64,000 nt of DNA from Amoebophrya sp. A120. Taxonomy: Eukaryota; Protista; Dinoflagellata. This document shows positions 24,831 to 38,400 of the stretch, piece by piece. Position numbers and translations under genes: made by a program. How positions within the stretch are numbered: the first letter of the stretch is position 1; each line of letters opens with the position of its first letter. The notes under the pieces were generated by a model, which was not told where the DNA came from, made no database searches, and was given only the letters and a program-made list of their open reading frames with translations. The stretch is from NCBI GenBank assembly GCA_905178155.1, contig CAJINV010000010.1:1881182-1945181 (forward strand), written 5' to 3'.

Positions 24831-26167
24831 TTACAACACGGCCAACAGTCCCACTACCACGAGCGCCCCGACCAGAGTCGCCCCTAAAACGCAGCCGATC
24901 CGCTTGATCCATTATCCCAAGTGAAAACGTCCCCACACCAGACGAGTCAAGATGGGAAATCTGCTAGACAAATCAGCCAGCTTTGGTTGTTTCGCATGAC
25001 AAGCTTGTCCTCGTTGTGTAATCCTGTTTTGCTAGTTCAGCAGCATCACAGGTCTAGCGTATCATGCTGATTCTAGCATCACAAATTCCAAATCGCGAAT
25101 CGAAAATGCTTCTCATAGGGCTCCGCATGAGAAACATTTTTCATTCGCATACAAAATTGCATGACAACTCTGGAGTGGGGACGTTTTTACACAGGATATC
25201 CATCCGAAAGTCATCACCAGCCCGTCGACTTTCGACCCCACCTGGTCCAAATTCTTATCCACGAAAAAAAATCCACCCCTATCCCTTGTTTGCATGACAA
25301 CCAGCGGACTTGTTGTATGTTTTGCATGTCAAATATGGATGGGGATAGGTGTTTCTTTGTGGATACTTCTCGTCTACCTGTTCCAACTCCGAGTCTAAGT
25401 GATCGACCTTCTCGTCTATCACCGTCTATCCTGTGCAAAAGTATCGCACTCGTACTCATTGCAGAGATGCATGACAAATCCAACTTTCTACCTGAAATAG
25501 CATGACAAATTGCATTTTTTTTCTTGGGCAAATTTGTAGTGCAATTTACAATAGTACGATACTTTTGCAGTCGTGCATACCGTCACTTTCCCGTCCACTT
25601 TCTCGATTCGGATGTTCATATCTTGCAAGCGTTTCTGGAGTATCCACTGTAAAAGTATCGCGCTCGTAGCACTTGCAGCCTCCTCGCATGACAAATCCAC
25701 TTCAGACAGTAGCTGAATCAGGGTTACAAATTCCATTTTTCTTCCTGAGAAAATTTGTAAATGCAATTCCTACTAGTACTACTTACGATACTTTTGCAAT
25801 GCATATGGAGTTGTGTGAAATGTTTCTTCTGCCTCTCGATGATGTCCTTGTTTTGGGATTCAATTTTCGCAAATTTGTCGTTCATCTTCAGCTCGATTTT
25901 TTCCTCCATAGAATGCAACTTCTCATCCAATAAAGTTGCCATCTGCTCCATCTGCTTTTTGTTCAGGTCTTCAAACATTTTCCCGAAGAGAAGAGTCTGC
26001 TCGGATTTGATCAAGTCATTCTGCTGGATGAACATCTTTTTCAGTTGTTCCGTCTCCTTCCGAAATTCGTGGTGGAATAGCTCCTGCTGGATTTTCTGCG
26101 GCAGGGGGTTCAGATCTGCTCGTCCTGAACCGTCTTCATGAAGAGGATTACTACGCTGCTCCTGCAT
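24831..26167 (-). CDS. Partial tandem duplicate: C-terminal coiled-coil plus TM tail of the adjacent gene, starting at MQEQRSNP
   Basis: Near-identical protein to 26669-27806 after removing four introners. Ends IGCVLGATLVGALVVVGLLAVL*. Confidence 0.6.
24913..25198. mobile_element. Introner family D; empty site at 26746
   Basis: TSD TCCAT. Confidence 0.93.
25256..25365. mobile_element. Introner family K, shared by both duplicates (26803-26923)
   Basis: TATCCAC...GTGGATA; flanks ATTCT/CTTCT. Confidence 0.82.
25427..25579. mobile_element. Introner family B; empty site at 26980
   Basis: TSD CCGTC. Confidence 0.93.
25641..25805. mobile_element. Introner family B; empty site at 27036
   Basis: TSD TGGAG. 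Confidence 0.93.
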
Positions 26168-26668
26168 TCGAAGTAGTCGTGGGGTAGTACCAGCAAGCAG
26201 CTATACGGAAAGTTTCGTTGTGCATGCTAGCTTCGCGAAACAGACACGACAACAGAATAAATCTAGGATTTTCATTTTACAAACAACAGAATCAGAATTC
26301 ATTTTCAAACACTAGCTCAACACGAGAATGTAGCTCTTGACGATGAAACACTCCAGGAAGATGAAGAACGTCGGGAGGAGGACCAGGACTACTATATCAA
26401 ATGTAAAAATGTCTGGGTCTGGAAGATTGCCAGGTTTGTCATGCACATTTTGCGCGACTCCTGATGTCTGTGATGCATGCCCTAGCATCACAGATTTTGT
26501 GAGGGCCTCCTGATGCCTATACTGCATGACAAATGCTCTTTCCGTGTAGCAAAACTTGGACTCTCTTTGCTGCTCATGCAATACAGATTTTTTTAGAATC
26601 CAAAATCAGCATGACAAGTTGGATTTTTCCAGACCCAGACATTTTTACAGTTGAAACTACTCATTCTC

Positions 26669-29600
26669 CTACAACACCGCCAACAATCCCACCACCACCA
26701 GCGCCCCGATCAGAGTCGCCCCTAATACGCAGCCGATCCGCTTGATCCATCCGAAACTCATCACCAGCCCGTCGACTTTCGACCCAACCTGGTCCAAATT
26801 CTTATCCACGAAAAAAAATCCACTCCTATCCCTTGTTTGCATGACAACTAGCGGACTTGTTGTATGTTTTGCATGTCAAATATGGTTATGGAAGGATGGG
26901 GATGGTTTTTTCTTTAGTGGATACTTCTCGTCTACCTGTTCCAACTCCGAGTCTAAGTGATCGACCTTCTCGTCTATCACCGTCACTTTCCCGTCCACTT
27001 TTTCGATGCGGATGTTCATATCTTGCAAGCGTTTCTGGAGTTGTGTGAAATGTTTCTTCTGCCTCTCGATGATATCCTTGTTTTGGGCTTATGAAATGCA
27101 AAAATGTCTGGGTCTGGAAACTTGTGATGCAAGTCAGTCAAAAACAAATGCACTGTAATGCGCCGCCAAGCATGACGAGTTGCTTCGTGCTTCTGTGCTG
27201 CAAAATTCCGCATGAGAAACTGCGTTTTGCATGACAGGCGAGAGAGGCTGTTTGTGACCACGCAATACAGATTTAAGGGCCATGCCAGATCAGCATGACA
27301 AATCTCGCAATCTTCCACCAGACCCAGACATTTTTGCATTTGATAGGGCTTCGATTTTCGCAAATTTGTCGTTCATCTTCAGCTCGAGTTTTTCCTCCAT
27401 AGAATGCAACTTCTCGTCCAACAATGTTGCCATCTGCTCCATTTGCTTTTTGTTCAAATCTTCAAACATTTTCCCGAAGAGAAGAGTCTGTTCGGATTTG
27501 ATCAAGTCATTTTGCTGGATGAACATCTTTATGAAGTGCACAAGTATCGTACTCGTAGTAATCGACGCATTTATGTTTTTCTGAAAGGTAAAACAGCATT
27601 ACAAATTCCATTTCTCATGCTGAGGGAATTTGTGATGCTATTAATACTAGTACGTTACTTTTGCAGTTCATAATCTTTTTCAGTTGTTCCGTCTCCTTCC
27701 GGAATTCGTGATGGAACAGCTCCTGCTGGATTTTCTGCGGCAGGGGGTTCAGATCTGCTCGTCCTGAACCGTCTTCATGAAGAGGATTACTACGCTGCTC
27801 CTGCATGTTCTTTCTCCGAGTCTTCGCTTTCACATACGCCGCTGCATTAGGGCCCAATTCTTGGTGGAAGCTGCTGTGGTGGTCGTTGTTGTTCATATCG
27901 TCCACATCTTCTGCAACCTCGTTCATCTCGTTACTCAGTGCGTGAATCCGAGCGGCGATGTCTTCAATCGTGTCCACATTTGAGACTGGGCACTGGTCAC
28001 TGATACTTCCACGTTTCCCCGCGTGTTTCTTTGCAATCGCATCCGCCGCGATGTTCTTTGCCGATGTTGCTTTCTGTTTTCCTTTTCCTTTTGCGGCTTT
28101 TTTTCTTTCTTTCTCTTTCTGTTTTTCCCTTTCCTCCGCCTCGTTTTCCTCTTCCCTCGCTTTTTGGAATAAGCAGCGCAGCGGCCCTATGCTACTGCAA
28201 CCTTTCCTCAGCTTCTTAAATGTTCTCCTCATCGGACTGCAACTGAAACAGGACTTCGGTTCGACGATGCTATCCGAGTCTGTTTCGATCACAACTGGCT
28301 CTCTGCCTTGCAGTTGCAAAAACCCCGCTGGTGTAGAACCACGGTGTGGTGGGGGCACGACATCACCACCGGAACTATAATACTTCTGCAACTGCACACA
28401 GGGGCCGACGCGAACCTCGGATTGCGAGTTTTCAGGTACGGTGCGCGTGCGGTTGCCGCGGCCTGTCATGTTTGACGCAGTTGCTGTAGTCCCGTTGTTG
28501 TTTGCAAGAAATCCGAGATCAAACATGCGCGACGCGTTTATTCTTCTGGTTCTATCTGATGTGCCGTTCTTGCGGTGCATGCTGGTGGTTGTATTTCCAT
28601 TTGTTCCATGTTGCTCCGACACCAAGTCCATACAGGCCTCCACATCAATCTCGTCCAGGTCGCCGAAGGCGGCTTGTCTTTCTTGACCTTCTTGCTTTCC
28701 ACTACTTCCTCCACCAGCAGCTCGTCCCATCTCTCGTTCTTCGTCCCTCGTATTAAGTACAAAAGTATCGTACTCGTATAAATGCATTACAAATTTCCTC
28801 AGCATCATGAGAAATATAATTTGTAATGCGAATTTACCTTAAGAAAAAGATTTGTAATGCATGATTGCAATACGAGTACGACACTTTTGCAAAGGATACC
28901 TCGCGACGGCTAAAAAATCCCGCATCCGCCACTTCGACACGAGTTTCGCCAACTGCTATGGAGTTCGCAAACGTTACACCCTCAACTGTTAGACGAATTT
29001 GTGATGCAAGAATAGCAAAAGTGCAAGGCGGGAGACTGCGCCTTTTGCATTACAAGTTTGGCGCAGATTATATATCATGCTATCTAGTGCGTCGAGAACC
29101 TGTCATGCGAAGCAGCTTGATCCTGTAGATATGTATTGCAATTTTGCACGACAAATTCATGCAAAACAGTTGAGAATGTAACAGTTGAGAACGCCATAGC
29201 TGCATCGTCTTCATTGCTCGGTCCAGTCGCAGGGAAATTTTCCTGAAATCCGTCGCTAAAGTTCTGGAGTGGGCTAGAAGCAACGTCTTCACCTGGGGCG
29301 TTTTTTCGTACATGTAGAGAACGAAATCGTCCCAGTTTTCCGGTTTCTTCTCCTCCGGGATGAGAACGCCAAACTCTTCTGACGGCAATTGCCGCTCCAG
29401 GTCTTCTAGCGTCGCGGACGGCTTGAAAGAGCGTGGCTCCTGTTCCTCGGGGGCGACGCCTTCTTCTGGAATCGTGGCCGGTTCTTGTGCTTGTTGTGCA
29501 GGAGTACCAGCGGCGGGGTTTTTGGAAGATGCAGCACCAGTAGAGCTAGTTGATGAGGCAGTAGTTCCTCGCCGGAACAGCCCACCTGTTGAAGAGGACG

Positions 29601-31183
29601 ACCCGAAACCGGACTTAAAAAGTCCAAAGGAGGTCGACCCTTTCCCTTTGGCAGGTTTTTCTTGCTCTTTCGCTGTAGTTGCTTCAAGATCCTCAGTGGC
29701 TTTTCTCTGCTCATGTTGATCCCTTCTAGTCCTTGGGTCTACTGCTTCTGTACTGCCGCGCGAAGGGGATTCTGCAGCCGTTCCGCTACCTGGTGATCCT
29801 GGTCTTCCTGCTCCGGCCGCAGGCGCTAAATGCCACAACTTGGCCATTTTGTGCAGCTCTAGTTTCCCGACTTCTCGCCATTTTTCCGCGTTCTGCAGTT
29901 GATTTTTCACCACCCGCCGCATCGTGACTTCGATTTCTCCAAATTCGTCTGAGTCGTATCCTGTGCAAAAGTATCGCACTCGTAGTAATCGCAGTTATGC
30001 ATTACAAATCTCCATCCCAAGGCAAAATAGCATGACAAATTCCATTTGTCATGCTGAGCCAATTTGTATATGCGATTACTACTAGTACGATACTTTTACA
30101 ATGCATAAATCGTACGTCGTTGCGACGTCCATCTGAATTACGGCGGAGTGTTCCAGTATGGAAGCGTCAGATTTGAAATCGACCAAGTTGAAATGATTTG
30201 TCATGCAGAAAGTTGATACCAGTTGGAAGACCAATTTCCAAGCGGCGCATGACAAATTTTCGGAGCACCGGAATCCAATTTGTCAAGCTGTTAGGGCACA
30301 GAAGACTGCTTTTGTCATGCAGCTTTAGCAGCTCTATCCCAAACCCTAAATAGGCTCACAGTCTGCCTCAGTTGCCATCTCGGCAAAGCAAGCAGCTCAT
30401 GCCTTGCATTTTATGCATGACAAATCACCTCAACTTTGACGAGTTCAATCCTGACAGATCCATATCCAGCTTCTTCGTTGCGTCTTCAAAGTTCTTCGAA
30501 ATCTGATTTGCTTTGAAAACGGCGTTCTTGACGAAAGTGTTGACCAGGTGGAAAGCGTGTTTCTCTGTGCGCTTGCGTTCTATTTCGACTTCCTCTTCCT
30601 CTTGTTGTGAATTCATCGTTTGTTCATCTTCATTACTTTTACTCTGACTCTCCTTCTGTGCAGCTTCGACGTGCTTCCTCTTCTCTGCAGCTTGTTCTCG
30701 TCTCTCGTGTTTCAGTGCCGTGCGCAAAAGCGTCACAAGTTCGTGCTCGTTTGGATCAGGGTCTTGTTGTACTGCACCTTGAGCGCCGGTGGACGAAGAT
30801 CCAGCTTGAGGTTGGGCGGGCGATGCAGTCGACGTTGACGCAGTGGCTGCACCAGTGGGTTTAATATTTCGGTGCGCTTCTTGCTGCTCCTGCTGGTCCT
30901 GCATGTTAATTCCGGTTGCACTGGGATTCGCCGACGGGACCACATGGCTTGTTTTTGGGAGCGAACCGGATTCCAGGCTGGATGCCATCAGGCAGTACGC
31001 GCCAGATGAACCAGCAAGCAAGCACGCAAGAAGAACGCTGCTGGTCTGCCACTTGGCACGTCGAGTGTTCACGACGGACGCAAAACTTGACATAAAGCAC
31101 CGCCGTGCTGTATCGCGCCTTGCGAGTGAGGAGGTCATCTTTTCTGTAGTGATAGTGTTAGCACCACTTCCACCAGCAATCAA
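26669..31183 (-). CDS. Coiled-coil protein with C-terminal hydrophobic tail anchor and an N-terminal hydrophobic stretch; unknown family
   Basis: ORFs 30425-31183, 29080-29979 and 27615-28808 are separated only by TSD-flanked elements and micro-exons. Ends IGCVLGATLIGALVVVGLLAVL*. Confidence 0.6.
27090..27345. mobile_element. Introner family A; empty site at 25855
   Basis: TSD GGGCT. Confidence 0.93.
27530..27672. mobile_element. Introner family B; empty site at 26034
   Basis: TSD ATCTT. Confidence 0.93.
30157..30464. mobile_element. Introner family C
   Basis: TSD TCCAG. Confidence 0.88.
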
Positions 31184-32042
31184 TTAATAGGAGTGACGAC
31201 GTCCACCACGCAAAGACTCTGCTCTCTGAACCGCCCCTCACTTCATTTAGTGCGCCCCGGGTGGACTGTGCAGCTGTAGATGTACTAGTAGTTCGAAGAC
31301 CACAATGTGAATCATTTACAGGGACAGCCTCAAGTCGTAGCGACTAGCATATTAGAAACAAAGGTGCATGTTGGGGGGCAGGTGTTCGGAAATACAGCAG
31401 AACCAAGAAAAAGAAACGTGAACAGGGTAGGCGTGGTTCTGTTTCACAAGACCGGGCGGCGTCACCTTCCTTCTTTCGCTGAACTTTGACTTTCTTCGTA
31501 GATTTGGAAGACTGTTTTTACAAGTAGGTACATGGAAGACCATCGCTTGTGTCGTAGTCGTGTCTGTGGGTAGTTGAAATTTGTGCCTGCTAAGATGAGG
31601 GCGAAAGCGTCAACAGTAAACATCGACGAAAATGATGCGGATAAAACCAGAAACCCATCGGTAAAGAAGCCCTCCCGCGACTACATAAAGTGCCAGAGGG
31701 CAACTTCTACAAACTAGATCAGTATCTTTTCTATCTCCTGCTCTGCAAAGGTGCCGAGGTCGTGCAGTGCTGCGGCTGCTGAGCTGTAACCATGTGCAAG
31801 CGCTACTTATCTACTCGTACTTGCTGCGTCGTGAGGCTGAGGGCGTCGGGAAAATCAACAAAATTCATATATTGATGATCTATTGCAGTGTCCTGCTTGA
31901 AAAAGTCATGACGTTGTTGATAAACACGTAGAAAAATTGTTCTCCCCCATGACGAGGATGGAGGGATGAAAAAAGAAACTCTTTTCGTCGCAAAGAGATG
32001 ACAGCTCCAGAGGACGCTATTTATTTACTTGAACCTCCTGAA

Positions 32043-34289
32043 TTACTTTTTCTTCGTCCTCCCCAGCCGCTCGAGACTCGGGTCCTTCAGCTCCCAGGCC
32101 GGGAGATAGTATTCGCTTTGCCCCTCAACAACAACTCCTGCCCCTGCTGCATCACCATTATCTATTTTCAGGTGCGGATTTGGCTCGGAGTCCTTCACGG
32201 TTCCAATCGACGTGTATCCCCTATCGTACAGTTCGCAATAAGGCAGCTGGAAATCGCGGAGAAACCTGATTGATTCATAACGATGTTGTTGCGCTTGGAA
32301 CATAAAGAAGGTTTTGCATGATCAGAAACAAGACATTTGACAGACATTTGACACGGGGATGATCAGCTGCTACAATTACACGACCTCCCTACGAAAAAAA
32401 TATTAGAAAGTTGTAGAATATTGAAACCATAAACAGATTAGCGTCCTTATACGTCCAAACATCCTGGTATTCCCAGTCCAGGATGGGATTACACCGGAAA
32501 AAATCCTATGAATTGCAAAAGTATCGCACTCGTATAGATGCAATACAAATTTCCTCAGCATGAGAAATAAAATTTGTAATGCGGATTTTACATGAGAAAA
32601 AGATTTGTAATGCATGATTGCAATACGAGTACGATATTACTTTTGCACAGGATAAATCCAGCCCCTTCAGCCACGTGCTTGACGGTTCGAATTTTTCCGG
32701 CCTCGCACCCGCGTTCGGATCCGTTTTTCTCGTTCCCAAAGCGAAGCAGATGAGCTGCTTGTGCTGCTTGTTCAAAGACGTTGTCGTGGTTCCACTTTCA
32801 GCTGCTTCTATTATCGTGTGGCGGTTGAGCATATGCATTGCAAAACCAAAAGTATGATATCGTAGTCGTATAAATGCATTACAAATTTCCTCGAGCATGA
32901 GAAATAAGATTTGTAATGCGGATTTACCTCAAGAAAAATATTTGTAATGCATGACTGCGATTGCTACGAGTACGATACTTTTGCACAGGATAAAGCAGGG
33001 ACTCGATCCCGTCCTTCCACCCGGTTTGAACTTCTTCGAGAGCTAGGATTTATCCATTGCAAATATGTCTGGGTCTCCTGCCCATTTGTGATGCATGTCA
33101 GTGAGAAGAAAGCACACTGTAATGCACCGCCAGGCATGACAGATTTATCCTTGCTGCCGTGTTGCGTATTCCGCATAACAAACAGTGTTTTTGCATGACT
33201 GATAAGAGGAGCTCTTATTGCTGGCCACACAATACGGAGCTCAGTGCCATGCCCGACTAGCATGACAAATCCCGCATCCTTCCAGACCCAGACACTTTTG
33301 CGCTGCATAGGACTTTCAAATGGTTCGTTCCGAAGTACGTGTCGCACTGTTTGACGAATTTCAAAATTTCCGGAAATTCGCTATCGTTTTGCTGGACGAA
33401 ATGGACAGCGCGGATTTGGTTCGTAAAAGGAGGCTGCGCTAGTGCTCCTTCTGGTGTGGAAGAGGTGGACGACGAGGATGCTACTGTGCTGCCCGTCAGC
33501 TGCTCCTGCACCTGTTGTGCCGACGTTGTCGTTGGTGGGAAAGACGCACTTCTCGCGGCCCTGCTTATGATATTCGGAGTCGCTGCACTACTTGCCGCTG
33601 TGCTGGCAACCGAGTCGCGCTTTTCTTTCTCTTGTTGTCCAGCAGCTTTTATACTAGTAGCGGAAGTGTTTTTCTCGTCCAAAATTGTTCCTCCGCTCTT
33701 GAAGACCTCATATCTTTCGTCGAGGACCATGAGCATCAAATACAGCAAAACCGTTGCTTCCTTCCCCCCGTTGAAGGAGGAGTAGGTCTTCTCAAAGCCG
33801 AACAAGCGGAAGGCATCGGACATATCCTGTGCACAAGCATCGCACTCGTACTAATCGCACTTATGCAAGACAAATTTCTTTTTCAAGCTGAATCAACGTG
33901 ACAAATTCCATTTGTCAGTACTGGTATTGCAATACTGGTACTGCGAGTACGATACTTTTGCAGTTCATAGGACAAGGTAGACAAAGACTCGACAAACCGG
34001 GCGTAGAAGGGAAGGTCGCCGTTGGTTTCTCTGTCAAACAGGAAGGCAAAAGCCAGATTCAGAATGTCGAATTTCATGGTTCTGGAGCTTTAGTATCTAT
34101 TTGACCAGGTCTGCAGCTGGGTAGAAGTGGTCGTTGCCGTTGTGTCGGGGCTCTTCTTTTTCGCTTTTCGAAAGAAGGATTGAGTGGAACGTGGTCTGGT
34201 TTGCCGCTGCTTGTAGTTTTACTACTAGGTACTACTTGCGACTACTTCCCGGAAGGTTCGACTTCGATCGGTTGTTCTGTGGTGCCCAT
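32043..34289 (-). CDS. FLAD1: FAD synthase (FMN adenylyltransferase, PAPS-reductase fold; FAD1/FLAD1 type); start uncertain
   Basis: Motifs SFNGGKEATVLL, EFPEILKFV, LGTRKTDP, FLRDFQLPYCELYDRGYTSIG, PNPHL and YLPAWELKDPSLERLGR. Confidence 0.88.
33823..33969. mobile_element. Introner family B in FAD synthase (other introners in this gene 32507-32654, 32832-32992, 33051-33309)
   Basis: TSD GGACA; removal joins LSTLS to DAFRLFG. Confidence 0.9.
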
Positions 34290-35406
34290 GATTAGTGCAT
34301 CCTCCGAGCTGTACTTGTTATTCTGATTGTTTGCCTGACAGTGACACAGACACTAGCGCACAATACAACAAAAACTAAATTGCCCCAGCCCGTAAAATCA
34401 AACAATGAATGTACTTCTCACCCGACCGAGTAAAACGAATACTCACGTGTGATATATGTCCCTGGCTGCATCGGGAGGCGGGAGGGGGTATCATGTCAGA
34501 AACTAAATCAATCGGTCGACGTCGCTGTTCCAAAAAAAAAAATGAGTCAAGCATTTGATTGCTTGTGCTTCCTCCTCACAAATAGTTACTAGTAGCTAGG
34601 CACAACTTACTGAAAGTAAATTCCGTGTGCTGTTTGTTTCTTCTTCTCTCTTGGCATACCATCTTATGAAAATTTTCAGAAAAAGAACAAAATACGGAGT
34701 GCTCCTTTCTGGCCCGCCAGCAACTGCGGTGCTTCGTTCTTTGTGGCAACAAAAACCCGCCCGAGTTTTGTCATGATATCATTCAAGTATGGAGAAAAAT
34801 GCTTTTCTGGTGGGATTTGAAAAAATCAAGCATGCCACAAAAAGCATGACACATTCCAACAAGAAGGCGTGCTCGTGATGTCGCGTCTCTGGGAATCTTC
34901 TTCATGGAAATCAAGTGAACATCAGGGGCTGTAGTAGTTACATACTAGGTAGTAGACTAGGGTTGTGCTATTTCATAAAAATTCATTCGGAAAATGATGC
35001 CAGTTGTGGGTACAAAGTTTTACCGCTATGTTCATTATGTGTGAGTGTGATAGTATCCATATTGCGCATGTTGATAGATTGTAACCATAGCGGGTTCCGC
35101 TAAAAACGTTGCGAAACGACCAGGAGGCTGATCTTCGTAGTGTAAGTGTTTGAAAAACTATGATAGAGGGTTTGGGTTTCGAAGTAGGTAGCAAAAAAAG
35201 AATTTCCGGGAGGTTCCTAGAAAAGTATGAATATGACCACTACACACGCTCTTCATCGTCCGACAAGAAGCTTGAACTTCTACTACCGGAGTTGTAAAAG
35301 TGTCAGTCTATAAATCGTATTTGGTTACACAAAAAAAACAGGAAAAGAAAAGACCCTCCATGTGAAGATGTAGATGTCGTAGACCAACGATATTAAAATA
35401 AACCCT

Positions 35407-38400
35407 CTAAAACCGGTTCTGCACCTCTTTCAGCACCGCTTGCGCCTCCTCCACGGAGAGTGATTGCAGTAACTGCGTCACCTTCACCCCAATCTGTTCC
35501 TGCTTCATGGCGAGAATTGCCTGTTGCACTTCGTGCTCCTTCTGCTCAAAGAGAATACAGAACGACCGGTCAGACGTGGTTTCATTGTCGATTTTCGCGA
35601 CCTGCAGTAAAATTTTCTCACAGTGTCGCTTCACGTTCTCGGAGACCTTCCTGCTGCTGCCCATAGAAGTCGTCGCAGACGAGGATCCCACGGACGGAGA
35701 TGTAGTCGACACAAAACCACCACCACTAGCATCCACCGCCAGGACGTTCCCAATCCTGCGCCACAAGTCGCACTCGATCAGCCGTCGCTTGATCCGCCAG
35801 TAGAAATAGACGCGGGAGGTTCATGCATTGCAAATCTGTCTGGGTCTGGAAGTATGTTGCGAGATTTCGATTTGTCATGCTTGTCTGGCATCACTCTGAG
35901 TTCTGTATTGCGTCGTGGCCACATACAGCCTGCTACTCTCGCCTGTCATGCAGGAGGACGCAGCTTCTCATGCAGAATACGCAACACAGAACCATGAAAA
36001 ATCTTATACTTGTCATGCTGGGCGGTGCACTACAGAGCGCTATATCGTTTCTAACTTGCATTACAACTTCCCAGACCCACATAGATTTCCAGTTCATAAG
36101 GTTTTCCACTCCACCACGTCCCTGACGCAGCCGACGTTCTTCATTCTCGCCGTATGCAATGCAAAAGCATCGCACTCGTAGTAATTGCATTTATGCATTA
36201 CAAATCTCGTTCTCAAGGCAAATCAGCATTACAAGTTTCATTCTTAATGCTGGGCTAATTTGTAATGCGATTTATACTAGTACGAGGGTACTTTTGCAGT
36301 TCATACGCCGCCCTGTCGTGCAGGTCCGCGTAGTGCAACGCCATAGACTGGTACAAGGGAAGCAACAGCTCCTGCCGCCGGTTGTGCTGGTCCTGTTCCA
36401 GTTTCTTTCCGTTCAATATAACAGTGCACAACTCCCCCTACCCCTCATTTGTAATGCAAAATACCAAATCCAGTCGCTGCTCTGTGGCACCGTTTGCATG
36501 ACAAATTCCGCAAGCCCAAAAAGTACTACCTTGGGAAAAGAAATTTGCCATGCGTAGGCTCTACGTGTGCGGGTGTTTGTATTGCTGCTCATGCCATACA
36601 AATGAGGGGGAGGGGGACTTGTCGTGCGCTCTCATATTCAAAATCGAGTCGCAGCGGTTCATCATTTTGATCAGTTATGGAAGCGTCAGGTTTGAAATCG
36701 ACAAAATTCAAATGATTTGCCATGCATAAAATACAAGGCATGAAGAGCCTGTCGTGCCGGGATAGCAAGCGAGGCCGATTGTGAGGGTGAGCCTGTTTGG
36801 GGTTTATTGAAATAGAGCTACTAAACTCGCATGACAAAAGGAGTCTTCTGTACCCAAACAGCATGACAAATTGGATTCCGGTGCTCGAAAAATTTGTCAT
36901 GCGCCGCTTGATAAGTGGGCTTCCGACTGGTATCTGTTTTATGCATGGCAAACTGTTTCAACTTTGACGATTTCAAACCTGACACATCCATATCAGCGTC
37001 GGAGGCCGTAACTTCACGTCGATCGCCCCGGCGGGTTCCAGGATTCCGCCCCGCGAAGAGTTGTCCGCGTACATTTCCATAAAATCCGGGTTGATGCTCG
37101 GATATGAATTACAAAAGTCTCGCACTTGTAGTAATTGCAGTTATGCATTACAATTTTTTTTCTTGAGGTCAATCAGCATTACAAATTCCAGTTCTCATGG
37201 TCATGCTGAGGAAATTATTTGTAATGCTATTCATACTGGTACGAAGCTTTTGCAATTCATATCGGGTCAATCACCACCCACGCGCCACCACGTAATTCCG
37301 CATGCGGTGGGAGGTAGACAAACACCGGATTTTCGTACTCGACCAACGCGTCGACGATTTGCGCGCCGTACTTCAATATGGATTGTAAAAGTGTCTGGGT
37401 CTGGAAGGTTGGAACTTGTAATGCTAGCTTTCCATACCTAGAAAATCTGTATTGCATAACCAACAAAAGTCGCAGCCTCTTTTGTCATGCAGAAACGCAG
37501 TTTCTCATGCGGATTGCCTATGAGAAAGCGTTTCGGGAAGTTGTCATGCCGAACTGCATTCGGAAGTGTTTTCATCATGGAGATTTTAGCATCACAAGGT
37601 TCCAGACCCAGACACTTTTGCATTTGATATTCAAAATCTCCATGAACATGTCCCGCGTTCCGCCGGAAAATCCTCGCCAATTCGCGAAAATCATCAAAGG
37701 TAGGTTTTCCCGGTTGAAATCCTTGATCGCCGATGCGGTTTTGTATGCACTGTCGGGGAACCACACCTGCCCGGCCTGACTGTCCTCCACCACCGCGGAA
37801 TCCAAATTCGCAGGGTCGGCTGGTACATACCGGGACACCGCTCTCGTCTCCACCGCAATGCAGCCGATCGGGATCCCGCCCAGTCGGCCCCTGCCGACGA
37901 CGACCGTTTTGCCCCACTGGGAGAGCACTTCGACGAAGGAGTTCTGGTCCAGAAAACCCGTGAAGTCATTGTCCGGAGTGCCTTGCAGCAGAAAACGCGG
38001 GTCGTAAGTCGTGTTGGGGGAAGAGGGCTGGAAGGTGACAAAACGGTCGACGGTTTCTTGCTCGGTGACTTGTCCGTTGTTGGTACTAAGCTGTGCAGCT
38101 GTTCCGGTCTGCTGAGACAAGAGTTGCTTGTTCAGGTTCAAGTCGCTGCTGTCGGTGGTGCTTGTTGTTCCGGAAGTAGCCGCGACAAAGTTCTGGTTCA
38201 TCTTCTGCAACACAGGTTTAGAACCACCAGCGCCGCTACCGGGCCGACTAGTATCACTGCTAAACCCAACGGGCAACACCGGCAAACTCCCGCCCTGCCG
38301 CTTCGGCACGAAGCTGAGCCACTCTATGAAGCAAAAAAGTGTTATAACGTGAACGGTTTTCACAGAGTGCAGTCACGCATGACAGATTGTGGCTAATATG

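Larger units (their letters stand above)
24335..27806. repeat. Tandem duplication (copy 1 24335-26167; copy 2 26166-27806) differing in introner content
   Basis: Both copies start ATTCGAAGTAGTCGTGGGGTAGTACC and end GGATTACTACGCTGCTCCTGCAT. Confidence 0.93.
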
